Source of the DNA: Octopus vulgaris
Lineage: Eukaryota
Direction: 5' to 3'
Length of the DNA stretch: 64,000 bases
Assembly: GCA_951406725.2 (NCBI GenBank)
Contig: OX597831.1
Span: 82,770,001 to 82,834,000, forward strand
Each line of letters starts with the position of its first letter. Within the stretch, counting starts at the first letter, position 1. Below the pieces are notes generated by a model. It had not been told where the DNA came from. It saw only the letters and a program-made list of their open reading frames with translations, and did no database searches. The position numbers and the translations under genes are program-made. Positions 27,772 through 41,930 of the stretch are shown here, in pieces.

Positions 27772-29066
27772 GTGGTGGCAGTAGTAGTAGTAGTAGTAGT
27801 ACTGTTGACGGTGGTGGTAGTAATGATGTTGATGACTGTTGTTGTTGTTGTTGCTTAGTCTCCTCTGTAACCTTTTTTTCTTTTGCATTACCTTTGTGAA
27901 AAGCACGACACAATGTGGGTTAGGAAGCCTGCTGCCCCCTAAAAAAAAAAAAGCCCCAAAAACTGAGAGAGCCGGATGTGTCACTTAAGAGATGCAGTTG
28001 TTGGTGACACAATATCGATGATGTCAAAGCGTTTGTAGTTTAACAGAATTCAAAAGATGGGGAAAAATATAAATATATATATAGATAGATAGATATATAT
28101 ACAAATCCGGAGAAGAGAGAAAGAAAGAAAAGGAGATGAAGGTTGAGTGGTACGGTGCATCGATATCTGTTGGATGTTATCAACCACAGCCAATTAAACA
28201 TACCTCAATTCTTATATACACTCATGCATAGATCTATCGGTATTTATGTTTACAGTTAATTGCACTCTCTTTTCTATACCCACCCACAAATACCTATGTA
28301 CACGCGCACACACACATGCAGAGGAATCTAACCGCAGAACATAGATATATACACACCCTCTTGATTTTCTTATGCCCTTTCGACACTATCAATATACATG
28401 TATATACATATATATAAAAATAAATAAATAAATACATATATATATATATATACATGCATGTGAATATGTGGATATGTGGATATATGTATATGTGTGCTAC
28501 ATACAGACTCAGATGTTAGTTTGTTGTTGAAGTTTGAAAGAATTATGGAAAAGTATGAACAAATATAAGATCAGGTGTTTGGAGATTCGGTGTCTTTTGG
28601 TGTGATATTGCTAAACATATGAGGGAGCGTATAAAGGCAAAGTATATATAGATATATGGATATATATGTCTGTATATATATACGTGTGTGTGTGCAGAGA
28701 GAGAGACAGAAAGAGAGAGAGAGATGTGTTGCAAGGAGTTGTTGGAGAACATTTATGGAAGTGAGGTAGTGAATCTTCGAAAGACACTAATTACAACCAA
28801 GCATGCAACGAAGTAACTGATGATTCACATTTTGGAGATTGGAGCGATGCTTTGTCAAAGAATTTCAGTCTTTTTCTTCAATTCCTTTCAATTTTGTCTT
28901 TCATTTTTTATAAAAAAATTTTATTTATTTTTTCAAAATCACCTGCAAAACAGCCAATTATCCCAGAAATGTATTATTAGCTATATATTCCAGAGCTGTC
29001 ATGAGGAAAGCCCTTCTGTAGAGCCATTTGTTCCCCGCCAATATATCCATCATATACACACATTAC

Positions 29067-29107
<41 letters not shown>

Positions 29108-29608
29108 GAGGGTTAAAATGATTTGGGCTGAAATGAAATCACTGGAAAAGAATCAGCCAACAGATGTAGATTTTAAGCAAAAATATACACACATACATAG
29201 GTGTGTATATAATACATGAATCTTTTTCACAATTATAGACTCATGTTATATACACACCTCTGCAAAAACAAATACATTACACACACACACACATTCACAC
29301 ACACACACATATATATATATATGTGTGCATGTATATATACATATATACTCACATACACACACACATGTATAAAGTAGTTAGCTCTCTTTCTCTCTCAAGA
29401 TATATATTTATATATATATATACATATATACACACACACAGACATTCACACACACATATTTAGATGTGAGTGTAGGAGATGGTCCAAACAAATAATGATA
29501 ATAATAATAATAATAATAAACAAAAAATTCAATAAAAATCAACAAAAGTTGAAATATATTTTCTTTTTTTTTTTTTGTTTGTTTGTTGTCTTTTGTTTTC
29601 TCTAAAAG

Positions 29609-29977
29609 ATTTGTCCCTGTTGAACCGTGAAATATTCCCCTGGAATCAAGCGAGTGCTATAAGGAGAGGTAAAGTCTGACGGAGGAGGAATTTGTTGGGG
29701 TAAGAACGGATGATATGTTCCATCGTGAGTTAAAATACAAAGTACTCCATCGAAATATTCTCGAGAATTCACTTTTGTTGACAGCAACTACTGGCAAAAC
29801 AGGTTTCCTACAGAGAACATGTGAGCTGTCAAATGATGCCACACAACAAGACACATCCATTTCAAAGGAATACAGTTTGGTCTTCGATTCAGAATGGTCA
29901 GTCTACTTCATACATGCACCTAACACCAACAACAACAACAACAACAGCACCAACAACAATAACAACAAACTGTGAAT
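29609..29977 (+). other. Candidate exon, product unknown
   Basis: Long pyrimidine tract ending aag at 29608, then unique CpG-containing sequence. ORF MMPHNKTHPFQRNTVW... from 29833 runs to a possible GTATGT donor at 29978. Confidence 0.25.
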
Positions 29978-31394
29978 GTATGTTGATTCGCTGGTCTACG
30001 GTCGCCTCTTTCATAACAGATGCTTATTACATGCCAACTGACTCTTATAACTCTCTCTTACAATGAAGTGTGTTTGTACAAACACACACACACGCGTACA
30101 CGTGTGTGTGTGTGTGTGCGTGTACAGATGTGCTTATTGACATATATGCATGCACAGAGGTATGTATATGTGAGTGGGTACGTGTCAGTGTGTGTGTGTG
30201 TGTGTGCCTCTACACCCAGCAACTGATGCTGTCTTCCTCTGTTCATTCATATAAGTGCAAATGTTTTCACACCTAATTAATTGGCATGTCTAATATCACA
30301 GTTGCAGGTATGTAAGTCTATTGATACACACACACACACACACACATGGACACACACACGCACACACATACACACAGTGTGAGGATTTATCTTTCTTTCT
30401 GTCCCTCTTTTTCTCAAACATACATATAAAGATCAGTGTGTGTATATATGTGAGAGTGTGAGTGTATATATATATACATATATATGTGTATGTATGAATG
30501 TGTATATGTATATATATATATATATATATATAACCATGCACGCTCACAATTCATTTAGAAGAAATAAGGAAAAAAAATTACATATGATGCTGTATTCTAG
30601 TACAAAAATGAAATCGATAACCCTCAATTTGTGTATATACATATATATATATATATTTACATGTGTAGATATATATGTGGGCTTGTCAGTATATTTCTAC
30701 ATAAATGTTTGTGTAGCTGTAATGCATGTACAGATATATAAACACAAACATATGTGCATGTATATACATATATATATATATGTATATATATGCATACACA
30801 CATACACATGCATGTGTATATATGAATATATATATATATATAGGCCACAGTGTGTTTGTAGTATCTTCTTTTTCATCCAAGCTAATAATATATCTACCAC
30901 TTGCACCCACCACCACCACCACCACCACCACCACCGCCGCCTCCACTGCCTGCTTGTTACTTTGTTATAGACTGTCAACGATGATGATGATGATGATGGT
31001 GGTGATGTTGGCAGTGGCGGTGTTGTGGTTGTGGTTGTGGTCGTTGTTTCAGTGGTTAGTGTTGTGGTATTGTTAGGCTGTTGCCATTCAGAACAATGAC
31101 CGACGACGTGCCCCCCCCCCTCCCGCCCCACAATGGAAATCATGAAGCATGCTGGAGCACATGTTTGGCAAAAAAAAGGGCAGGGGGTGGGGGGATGGGG
31201 GAGGGGTGGAAGGAGTCGGTGGCTTTGGAAGATACTAGCGTTGTATAGTAGCAGCAGCGATGGGAAAACTGTTGCAGCACCAACAGCAGCAGCAGCAGCA
31301 GCAGTAACTACTACTACTACTACTACTACTACTACAGCAATGATGACAGCAATTCGATTTTAGATGTTGTTGTTGTTGTTGTTAAAGCAAAGAT

Positions 31395-31426
<32 letters not shown>

Positions 31427-33267
31427 TTGGTGGTGGTAGCAGCATTACAGGCTGATAAAAGAAAAAAAGTAGTAAAACAAATGGAGGTGGAGGAGGAGGA
31501 GGAGGATGTGGTGTGGGGAGGAGTGTGAGGGATTGAATCTCATATTTGTGCAATTTGCGTTGCATGGGTTTAGCATTATGGATTGGCACCAGTGACACAG
31601 ACAATGCCAGCCTCAACCTCACCAAAGCCTATAGCTGCATCATCATCATTGTTCTAATCCAAACCACCACCACCACCACCACCACCGCTACAATCATCAC
31701 ATCCACAACATCACAACTGTCCTCAACATCAGCATCATAGCCATCATTGTTGTCATCAGAATGTTACTACTTTCCTTTTCAACATCACTAATGCCATCAC
31801 CAGCATCACCAGCATCAACCGTGTCACCATTCCAGCTACCTGGACCACCACCACCACCACTAATGCCATCGTCCTCATTACTGTCAAGACATTCATCAAC
31901 TTAAACATCCTGTTTGTCTTTAGACTCGTTAAGACCCTAGTGATTATTTCCTCTCAAATCATCAAATGTCAGATGAGATGAAGAAACTGTCAGTTCTGAT
32001 CTGCGAGTGTGTTTGTGACAGGGTTGGAGAAATGAGGAATTGGCCAAGATTTTAAGATCCAGAAATAAAGAAACCATTCTTTGTGTTCTGCTGCTGACAG
32101 TTACGTTTTGTGGCAGCGTATGTGCTGTGGTTATTCAAGACTAGATGTCCTTTCTAGTGTTGACCACTTACTAACATTGCACAGTTGGGACCTCTGTTCA
32201 ACCAGGTGAACTAGGGCAAGCCAACTTTTATACTTAGGCTTGGTGCAAGACAAAATAACTGGGTTGAAAGTGACATCTATTAAATCAAAAATCTTTCTCT
32301 AAGATCGAATTCCGCCAATTCTTCTCATGTCTTCCCATCGGATGGAAAACATGGGGAGTTCCTTTTCTATAGGTTAATTGCCTTGTTTGGTATTGCTTCA
32401 ACCAAAAATTGTCCTCCATATATATGACAAGTTCATACCAGAGTTATTATCTCTATTTTTTTCATTAAATTATGTTTTACCCAGTTCTTACCCTCCACAG
32501 CTAATCAGGTCACCAAACTAACAGAACCCATCAACTAGGATACCCTCTGGACAAAGAATTTCTTTCCTCGCTCTCTTACACCAGACTAATTCTCTGCATC
32601 AGCTGCCTATGATGATGTCCTTCCCTGGTGGCTAACCTGTAACCTCACTGCAACTCTTCTGCATGCCCACACTTTACATTTCCCAGAGTGCTTAGCTCTG
32701 CTTGTTCTACAAATTGTTTATACCTATTTCCTAGATTTCAACACAATTCTGTTTGCCTGCTTAGGTCTACTTTGATGTCTTTTAGTTGGAGGAGCCTTCG
32801 CTGACAAGTCGGAAAGAAGAATTTATTGAACAGCAAACAAAAGTTCCGTTGATTGACTGATCATCTTCTCTTATCATAAACAAGAAGCGAGGGCTGAGGA
32901 ATGACCCCTAACCTTAAGCCTACCTACATTCCTCAACTTGCTGACATCTCTCTCTATATGACTTGTAGGCTTTACCCACGCCATTCATTGGCATCTAGTT
33001 TTCTTAAAGAAACAGCCTTTGGAGTTGGATTCCCTGTCGCAGGCTTTCCTTTTCCCACTTCAGGAATACAAAGTGTAGAAGGATTTGCTCAGCTGAGAAT
33101 TTCCGCAATTTTCTCTTCCAGAAGGGGCCATCAGATGTACCTTGTTTTGATGGACTCTGAAAGGCATCTCATCCAACTTGATTATCTTCCTCTTTAAGCA
33201 TTGTGACCATGGAGATACCCTACAGCCATATTAACCAATGAATCCCTAATAAAAATAGATTAATAAG

Positions 33268-33423
33268 GTGCGGATGTGGGCAAGTTGAAAAATTTATTTC
33301 CTGACCAATGGTTTCAGGTTCAATCACACTTGGGCAAGTGTTTTTTTTTTTTTTTTCTGTAAATCGGGTTTGACCAAAGCCTTTAAGTGGATCTGAAAGT
33401 TAGAAACTGAAAGAAGCCTGTCA

Positions 33424-33456
<33 letters not shown>

Positions 33457-33646
33457 CAGTCTTCTTATCCAGACATAATGTAACTGCTGGAAGTGAGTTT
33501 CACTGTCATACAAGCAGTGTCGTTCGTTAAATAGGGAAGGTTGGATGGCAGGAAAAGGACATCTTGTGGTAGAAAATCTGCCTCAATAAATCCCATCCAA
33601 TCCATTCAAGCATGGAACTGTAGATATTAAAACAATGATGATGATG
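33268..33646 (+). mobile_element. Decayed SINE with an RTE-like tail
   Basis: cttgggcaagtg and gaaactgaaagaagcc head; ends catggaa...attaaaacaa(tga)n. Confidence 0.65.
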
Positions 33647-34317
33647 GTTAGAATCCCTCCAGAGAGATGAATAACTCTTAAAAATAATACGGTGAGCAGC
33701 ATAGAACCCTTTCACAAAGTTAATAAACCAGTGAACCCCTTTTGAAGAGTACAGTGAGCTGAAGACCAAGAGATCCCTCACAGTTAGTCAATAGGTCAAC
33801 AACCCCTAATAATAGTGTTACTATGTCAGTAACAGCAATCGAATTTATCAATGTTGTTTCTACATTACGATTACAGTTAGGCTTACTTGGCTACACACAA
33901 CGCTGCTGCTGGTGGTGGTAGTGGTGTGTATATATATTACTATAGTTATGGGTGTGTGGGTGGGTGTGTATGTCAGTCCGTATATGTATATAAACAACTA
34001 TAGTTATGGGGGTGTGGGTGTGTGTATGTGTGTAAGTCTGCGTATGTATATATACAACTATAGTTATGGATGTGTGTGTGTGTGTGTGTTTGAAATGCCA
34101 TTCTTCAGCAAACAGATCTCTGCAGCAGAACCGGCAACTGATTCCACTCTGTACGACTGTTTGTCATTTTCTGCCACTAAAACTGCAGCTGCAGTAGTTG
34201 CTGCAACCTTACACACGCACACACAAACACGCAGTAGCACACACACTCACACTTGTCTGCACAGCAGTAATGACATATAGATAAAAATACATACGTATAC
34301 AGAATTCAGGATATTTT

Positions 34318-34358
<41 letters not shown>

Positions 34359-34414
34359 GAGCTAAGAAGAGATATTTTATTTACTCAGATATTGTAATAT
34401 CAAAAAATAAGTGT

Positions 34415-34790
34415 TTGCATGGCTGTGTGATAAAGAAGAATATTTCCCAACCACATGATTTCCGGTTCAGTCCCAAAGGGTGGCACCTTGGGCAAGTGTT
34501 TTCTATTATAGCCCTTGGCCAACCACAGCCTTGTGAATGGAATCAGCAGAAAGAAGCCCGTCATATATATGTATATATGTGTGAGAGTGTGTCTACGCTT
34601 GTGTGGTAATTGTAAATGACTGTCACCGTCAGATATCACAGATATCATCTTTAGTTTCCAATATTATGTGCAAACATGTTGAACCAGAGGAAAATATTAC
34701 CTTTCTTGCCAACAGGTCGGGCATTCAGCCACAGGAAATCTTCCTCAATAAACTTTGTCCAACCAGTTCAAGCATGGGAAAGTGGATGTG
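34415..34790 (+). mobile_element. Decayed SINE with an RTE-like tail
   Basis: atggctgtgtgataag...ggttcagtccc...ccttgggcaagtg, and 3' gggcattcagcc...agcatgggaaagtggatgt. Confidence 0.7.
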
Positions 34791-36411
34791 GCATTCATCC
34801 TTGATCTCTGATGGACTTACTGTGTTTAAAAGCACAACATATATCAGAGGTAGCTGATAATCATCTCAGCAGTGGTCAGTTACAAATTTACTTTTTGCAA
34901 TGTATCTACATTATGTATGATACACAAATGACTGCTTTAATCTAATACTGCTTCTTTTGCATATAATGGATTTTATTCAACTGAGTGGCTATTTACAACA
35001 TCAGTGAATGTTTGTTCCCTGTTTTCCTATACAGGTGGTGGCACACATTTTCTTGGCATGTGGTTGGGTGTAAGTGTGTGCCACTGACAAAGCCCAATGA
35101 GGCATAAACGCATCCAGCATTCTCACCAGCCTCTGGTAACATGATCTTTGCAGAACCTTGATGTATTTTGTTTTTTAAACACAGCAGTCCAAATGAGATA
35201 CGATCTCCTGACGACTGTTGCACTATATTGGCCTATCTCAATGTATTAACATTAATTATGATACAAAAATGTAGTTATGTATACATGTTTGTATGTATGT
35301 ATGTATGTATAGGTTGTTTGAAGTGGTGTACAGATTTTATATATCAAGAAAAAAGAGGTAGTGAGAATTTTGGATAATTTTTTTATTTAGTGTTTTCATC
35401 TTGTTTCATAGAACCATCAGAAATGATATCTTCACACAAAATTTATGCCTTTTATATATATGGGAGTTGAAAAATCTGGAGTTGAATGGGTAGGCTTCAA
35501 CAGTTTCCATCTATTAGTTTCACTCATCAGGCATTAGTCAGTCAAAAAGTAGAGGAAACTTGCCTGTGCTTTGCAGTAGGATTGAAACCACATGGTCAAT
35601 TTTTATGTTGATGTATGTGAGTGAGTGAGTGAGTGTGTGCATGCATGTGTGTGTGTAGATATTCATGCATATATACTATTTACACGCATATTCATGATAT
35701 ACACAGCATATGTATGTTTGTACATAGATTATTTATGTCAAATTGTTAGTCAGAACCAAGAGTTTGTTTAAACTTCATCTTGATATTATCGTTCACTCTC
35801 CATCTCTCAGCTGTTGGTTGTGGATGCTGTCAGTTTGGAGTTTGAAATCTGCTGCCACAGGAATAGGTTGGATGGTTTGTATTTCTTTGCATGGGGACAT
35901 GAGAAAGAGGTTTCTTCTCTTCTCTTCATTGTGTCCAAATAGAGGCACAGCCTGGTTTGTGGTGAGGCTGGACAAGTTGGTGTTGAAGGTCATTGTAGAT
36001 TGAGCAATGGACAGTGAAGTGGTGTGCCAAGTCAAAGCAATGGTTTTCAGGAATGTCCTGTCATAGTTCCTGCCATCCAGGAAATGCAGACGGGAATTGA
36101 TCCAGCACTCAGGCTCACCATGTGTCCGTCTGCCCTTAACTGACACACTTGTCACTTTAACACTACAATCTCTAATATCAAACAGCTGAGAGTAATTTTT
36201 CTTTCAAACATTGACCATTACTGACCACTAACACTAGACACGTAATTCATCAATTTTAAAAGCAAATGCCATGGGCCCTGTCCCTCTTTCTTCTTCTCTT
36301 TAAGCTCTATCTAAACAATTGCAAGAATTTGCCTGAAAGAGATGTTCCAGGATTTCCTTCAGCAACATTGTCAATATTTATTTTCTGTTTTGTATTTCTG
36401 ACTCCATGACT

Positions 36412-36453
<42 letters not shown>

Positions 36454-38384
36454 AAAAATCACTGAGTTTCGCCAAAAACTTTTAATAGTTTTGAGTTTTC
36501 AGAAAAGAAAACAGATTTGGAGCAAGGTTTGACATTTTATTCCAGTTGTTTGGCATTAGAAGCGAGTGAAGTAAATATACGCAAGATAGCAAGCCATTGT
36601 TAAGAATGGATTGATCAATGACCTTTTTTGTAAAGTTAGTCTAAGAATTAGCAGTGGATTTGTCTGGTTCAGAACCATTTTTTAGCTGCAGGAAGCAAGA
36701 GAGAAATAATTGTTTAAAACAAAAGAAGTTGAAATTTATTTTGTAGTTGGTAGGATGGTTTATATTTGTGACAAGAGTCGTTAAGAAGAATTAATTATTG
36801 CGGGTCCAGATATGAAGATTCAGTCACATGATTGATAGTCATTAGTGCTGTTGTACAGTTGATCCCATTGGTATAACGAGGAGTATTTTTCTTTTGTCTC
36901 ATTATCAAGAATAGGAGTATGCTTTATTGTACTCCATTAATAAACAGTTTAAAGAGAACTCATGAGATTAACTAATGAATTAATTATAAAGCTCGGTTTG
37001 ATCCTGGAACCCTATCATTACTTCAGACTCTGCAATGTAAACTGTTTTGATGTTGAAAATGTAAGAAGCTAAATCAAGGGTAATTAGGGTTGGTTGAAGA
37101 TGTTCGATAAGACACTGTTCGATACAGCATGTTACGATTCCAGTCGTGAGAGAATACAAGGAACAATGGGAGAAGAAGAAGAAGGTCGTGATAAGGCAAT
37201 CATAACAGCTTATCAATTATTGATCAATACACATAGCAAGGAATATTGGATTATGACTGCAAGTTGAGTATTGATGGAATCAAGTTCTTCAATCCTTCAC
37301 ACCCAATGGACGATTGGAGTTCACTGCTACAAAACCAATGGTTTTGATATCCAATTTGTTTTACATGACCACAGGTTACTGAACAATACTTCTCCATTGC
37401 ATTTACATGCGTTTGCCAGGGTCTCAGTGTAGCACTGGTACCAGGTCCATTTATTAATTCTCTCAGCTTGTGCATGTATGTGTATAAAAGCTGTTATATG
37501 CATGTCCAGTTATTATTTGGGATCCTAATTACTGGGTTTTTAATTACAGACAACCTGAAAGGAAATCATGAAGATACAAAAGATGGATAAGACTTGCTGT
37601 CTGCATGCAGGAGAAGAGGAGTTCATTGTTAGTGATTAACATCAATAAACACACAGAGGGAATGTTAAATCTACATGGAGAATGTGTGTGTGTGTGTGCG
37701 TATGTGTGTGTGTGTGTGCGCGCGAGTGCATGTGTGTGTGTGCATGTGTGTGTAAAGATCAGATTTTGTCATAGATTGTCTGGAAGACTAGTGTGATCAG
37801 CCAAGTGCTATCCAAATGACCACAGTTTCTTCAATTTCTTGAAAACATCTGGAGAAAGGTGACAGAGTTGCCAGTTTCTGTTGAATTAAATGACAGTATA
37901 GCAAGGTAGGAAGCTGCAACAGGTTTCTCAGGTGCATAATTAATTGCTAAGCTAATAAAGGTCAGATATAATTAGAATTACTAAAATACAACTGCAGTTA
38001 TATTTCTCACACCATAATTAAGAAACAACATGGGAGGAGGAGGAGGAGGAGGGGGGTAGTTATTATATATTTTACTTGGAAAATGTATCAGAAGATTTTC
38101 CTCAGTGATGCAGAAATACGATTGAGAAAGCAGTTGCCATGAAATCATTCCTGACAGAATTGGAAGACTTCTACAAATTCTAAATTTCAACATAGAAAGA
38201 CAAATTCATTGAATTAACTGACATAGATTGTTGATGATCTAATTTAATTAACAAATTCTAAATTACCAATGCCAAGATATTTAATCACAATTCTTGATAT
38301 TTACTTTCAATTTAAATAGGCAAATGTGTTTATCTTGGAGTTTCTCTCTCTCTTTATATATATATATATAAAAGCACCAACTGA

Positions 38385-38606
38385 TCATGGCCGTTTGCCA
38401 GCCTCCTCTGGCCCCTGTACCGGTGGCACATAAAAAGCACCCACTACACTCACGGAGTGGTTGGTGTTAGGAAGGGCATCCAGCTGTAGAAACACTGCCA
38501 GATCAGACTGGAGCCTGGTGCAGCCTCCTGGCTTCCCAGACCCTGGTCGAACCATCCAACCCATGCTAACATGGAAAATGGACGTTAAACAATGATGATG
38601 ATGATG

Positions 38607-38612
<6 letters not shown>
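38385..38612 (+). mobile_element. RTE-type 3' tail fragment
   Basis: Near-identical to 14995-15220, with a (TGA)n tail. Confidence 0.8.
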
Positions 38613-38644
<32 letters not shown>

Positions 38645-41509
38645 AAGAGAGAGAGGGAGAGAGAAATAAATAGAGAGAAGTATCAAAGTTGTCAGGAATT
38701 TGGATCACTCATGGAACCAAATAAGACAAAAACGAATGGCTAAGCACAGCTTTCAATCACTGCTAGTGCTAATGAGGAGAGGTTTAGACATTATACAACT
38801 TCTGTTCCTTCCTGAACAATAACTAGACTTTCTGATCTCTTAATCCAAACATTTTTTCATTCCTTTTGCTAAATGCTGTTTGAGGACCAACAACATCAAA
38901 AATCACAGGAGACCTAACAATGTTCAGTTTGTCATCAAACTCTACAAGTATTAAAAAGTGGAGTAAAACAGAGATTTTCTTCAAGGATTGGTTGGCAGGT
39001 GTCATTGACTGGACACCTGCACTATTATAGCAACTTATAAAGTCAATGGTCAACCAATCTCAGATTATTCAGGTGTGCAGCCACCGGGTGTCACAAAATA
39101 CAAGATGAGCTTTTTGATAGGGACCACATATTGGCACAAAATACAGGTGGAAGGCCATGATGAAACAAAAGTAGTAAAACTACGATAACAATTGTATCCT
39201 CTTGCTTTACAATATCGAGTAAAAGTTAACCAGATTACCAAAAGTTTTAAAATTTGGACTCCAAAGAGAAAAATTAAACTAACTCTATTCACAGAATTTG
39301 GTTCATGGATTGTATGGAATTTCCCACAAAATGCCTGGGGTTGAAATAGAATCCAGTTAACCAGGATACTGTGCAATGGGATAGAAGCTGAAACTCTACA
39401 GTTATGATGTGAAGTTCTTACACAGTCATATCCAACATGTTCTGGATTTGGTAAAAGCTACTTTAAGGCCACAGAGCTGATCTTTTATTGGTAAACCCAA
39501 ATTTTTCATCCTGCAGTGAACATTTGTTAATATGTAATTCTTAAATGAAATAATGAAGATTAAGATATGAGAAGGCGGGAAAAACATTTACAGTTCTTTT
39601 GTTATTGGATTTCGATAAAATCATGTTTTGATAATGAGATAATAATGAGAAACGAGCAACAAATACTTTCCTAGCAGACATTTGTAGTGCTCGTTATGCA
39701 ATAGGCGGCCATTTTACAGAAGCAGAATATTCCAAGAATTCAACAAATCAATGCAAAATAATAATAAAGATGATTTTTTTTCTGTTCTTTCATAATCTCA
39801 TTAACAATGTGATATTACTTGATTACAATAATGAGACAAAAGAAAAAAACAAATATATAAGGTGACCTTTTGAATATTCTATGAGTCAGTCAAGAGCAAA
39901 AGTATTTTAACTGGAAAATATTCATAACATTTCTATAAAAAAAACAACATGAATAGTTAAAATATATTAATGAACCTAATCTAATATATTTTTTTAAATA
40001 CATACATATATACATACACACATATATATATACATTTATATATACACACACACATATATAAAATGTGCACGTGCACGCACACACACACACACACACACAC
40101 ATACATATATAAACTACATATATAAGCATGTATAGATATGTGTGTTTGTGTATGTGTATGAGTGTGTGTGCGTGTGTTTTGTTTATTTTTATGTTAAGTT
40201 ATAATAAAAACAATTTTACATTGAATTGATTCCTCAATACTTTTTGTCAAGTACAAATTTATTATTCTTTAAGAAGAATAATAATCTATATATGTGATGA
40301 TGATGATGATGATGATATATGCACACTCACACACATCATAAGAGTTGGATTCAGCCCCACCTGACTTAAAGTTTTAGAAGCACAACCAGCCGATCCATTG
40401 CCTCAGTTGTTTGGACATAGAGTGATGTAAAACCTAAATACTGAAGTTGTGGTCTCCAGATCATAAAGCCGACAGGAAGTAAACAACAGCAATAACATCA
40501 TCATCATCATCAAAAATAATGCTGCCAATAACAAATACAACACCACTAGTAATTCCACCACCACCACCACCATGACCAACAGAAATAGTTACTCCCAGTT
40601 ACAATGCTTAACATAAAATTCCTCCACAGATCTTGATGTCATTGATGAAACAGAGAAGAAGAACAACAACAACTGTGTGTGAAAGACACTGTGTTCTGGT
40701 GGTGATGAGTCCTCCCTTAACAAGTCTGTCCAATCCATAATTGAAATACAGAATTAATAACAAAACTGATTGTGTTTGATAATAAATTGGTCAAGACACC
40801 AGTTGTGAGGTGGCTGGCCTTCATAAACAGCCGCTGGTCTGGAGGTTACACATAAAACAATAAAAAAAGAGCAGATAAAGAATAAAGTTGAGTGTGTGTT
40901 GAAGGTGCAGAGTGTGTTGTTGACCTCCGCTCGTTCGTCCTAAAATAAGTCTAGTTTATCACTTTGAGGTTGCTGACAATGTCACTTGTTATTGATCCAG
41001 CCTTGTGACTGGATCTACAAATGGATTGCCTGCTTCCAAAAATGATACAGCAATTTACTGCAATCACTCAGTGAATGGAGAAAAATAAAAATGGAAGAGA
41101 AGAGCAACGAAAAGAAAAGAAAATTGTCTGAAATGAATGGTTGTGGTGCTGGCGATGGAAACAGGTCCTTTAAATAACTTGGTAGAATCATTGGTTGATG
41201 CTTAATGATGTTGGGTTAATATATACACAGAAATAATGTATGTTAACAACGTGTTTAGTTTTGAAACTTCACAACCACTCTTGCTAGCTTGTGTTCTAAT
41301 AAAAGAACTCACAAAAATAGCACCGTCGCCCATCCCCACCGCTTTCAGGCTATGGAGTCTAAAGAAATGTCTGCAAGGAATTAACTGATATTATATTGCA
41401 AGAAATGTGTGACATGTGGGAATTTAAATATCTTGAGCTTTTTCAAATTATAATAATGATAATAATAAATGGAAGGAAAAAGGAAAACACATGATAATAA
41501 TGAGATCTA

Positions 41510-41905
41510 CAATAGGCAGAAGAGCTGAAATAATGGAGGAGTGGGGTCAGCCAATGACACTGAATTCGGTACTCAACTGGTATTGGTTTAGTGGTACTCA
41601 TTGTATCGGCCTAAAAAGGAAAAGTTGAGACTGACGAAGTGGCACAAAGCATTTTGGCCCAGCATGCTAACAATTCTGCCACCTTCCGTAATAATCTTTT
41701 TGGTATAAGTAGAAGGCCTGAAATTTTGGGGGAGGGGACTAGTCAATTACATTGATCCCAGAGTCTCACTGATACATAATTTATTGACCCCTAAAGGATG
41801 AGAGGCAAAGTCCACCTCACTGGAATTTGAACTCAGAACATAAAGACAGACGAAATGCCTCTATGCATTTTGCCCAATGTGCTGACAATTCTGCCAGCTC
41901 CCTGC
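41510..41905 (-). mobile_element. Two tandem Nin-domain-like SINE copies
   Basis: aaaggatgagaggcaaagtc and ggaatttgaactcagaac are reverse complements of the head and core of 55598-55835. Confidence 0.75.
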
Positions 41906-41930
41906 CATAATGATGATGATGATGATGATG

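Noticed and set aside
28762-28798. TGAGGTAGT, matching the 5' 9 nt of let-7
   Set aside because: The rest does not match let-7 and only a tiny hairpin forms; there is no pre-miRNA stem.
29613-29677. CCCTGTTGAACCG resembling miR-10b, with a miR-100-star-like CAAGC..CTATA downstream
   Set aside because: The two segments pair poorly and the seed differs; likely chance.
35793-36185. ~130-codon minus-strand open frame after ctctcag
   Set aside because: No recognisable domain and a weak acceptor; cannot be supported as coding without a search.
39403-39480. ATGATGT...CTGA, a C/D snoRNA-like spacing
   Set aside because: Imperfect C box and no terminal stem.
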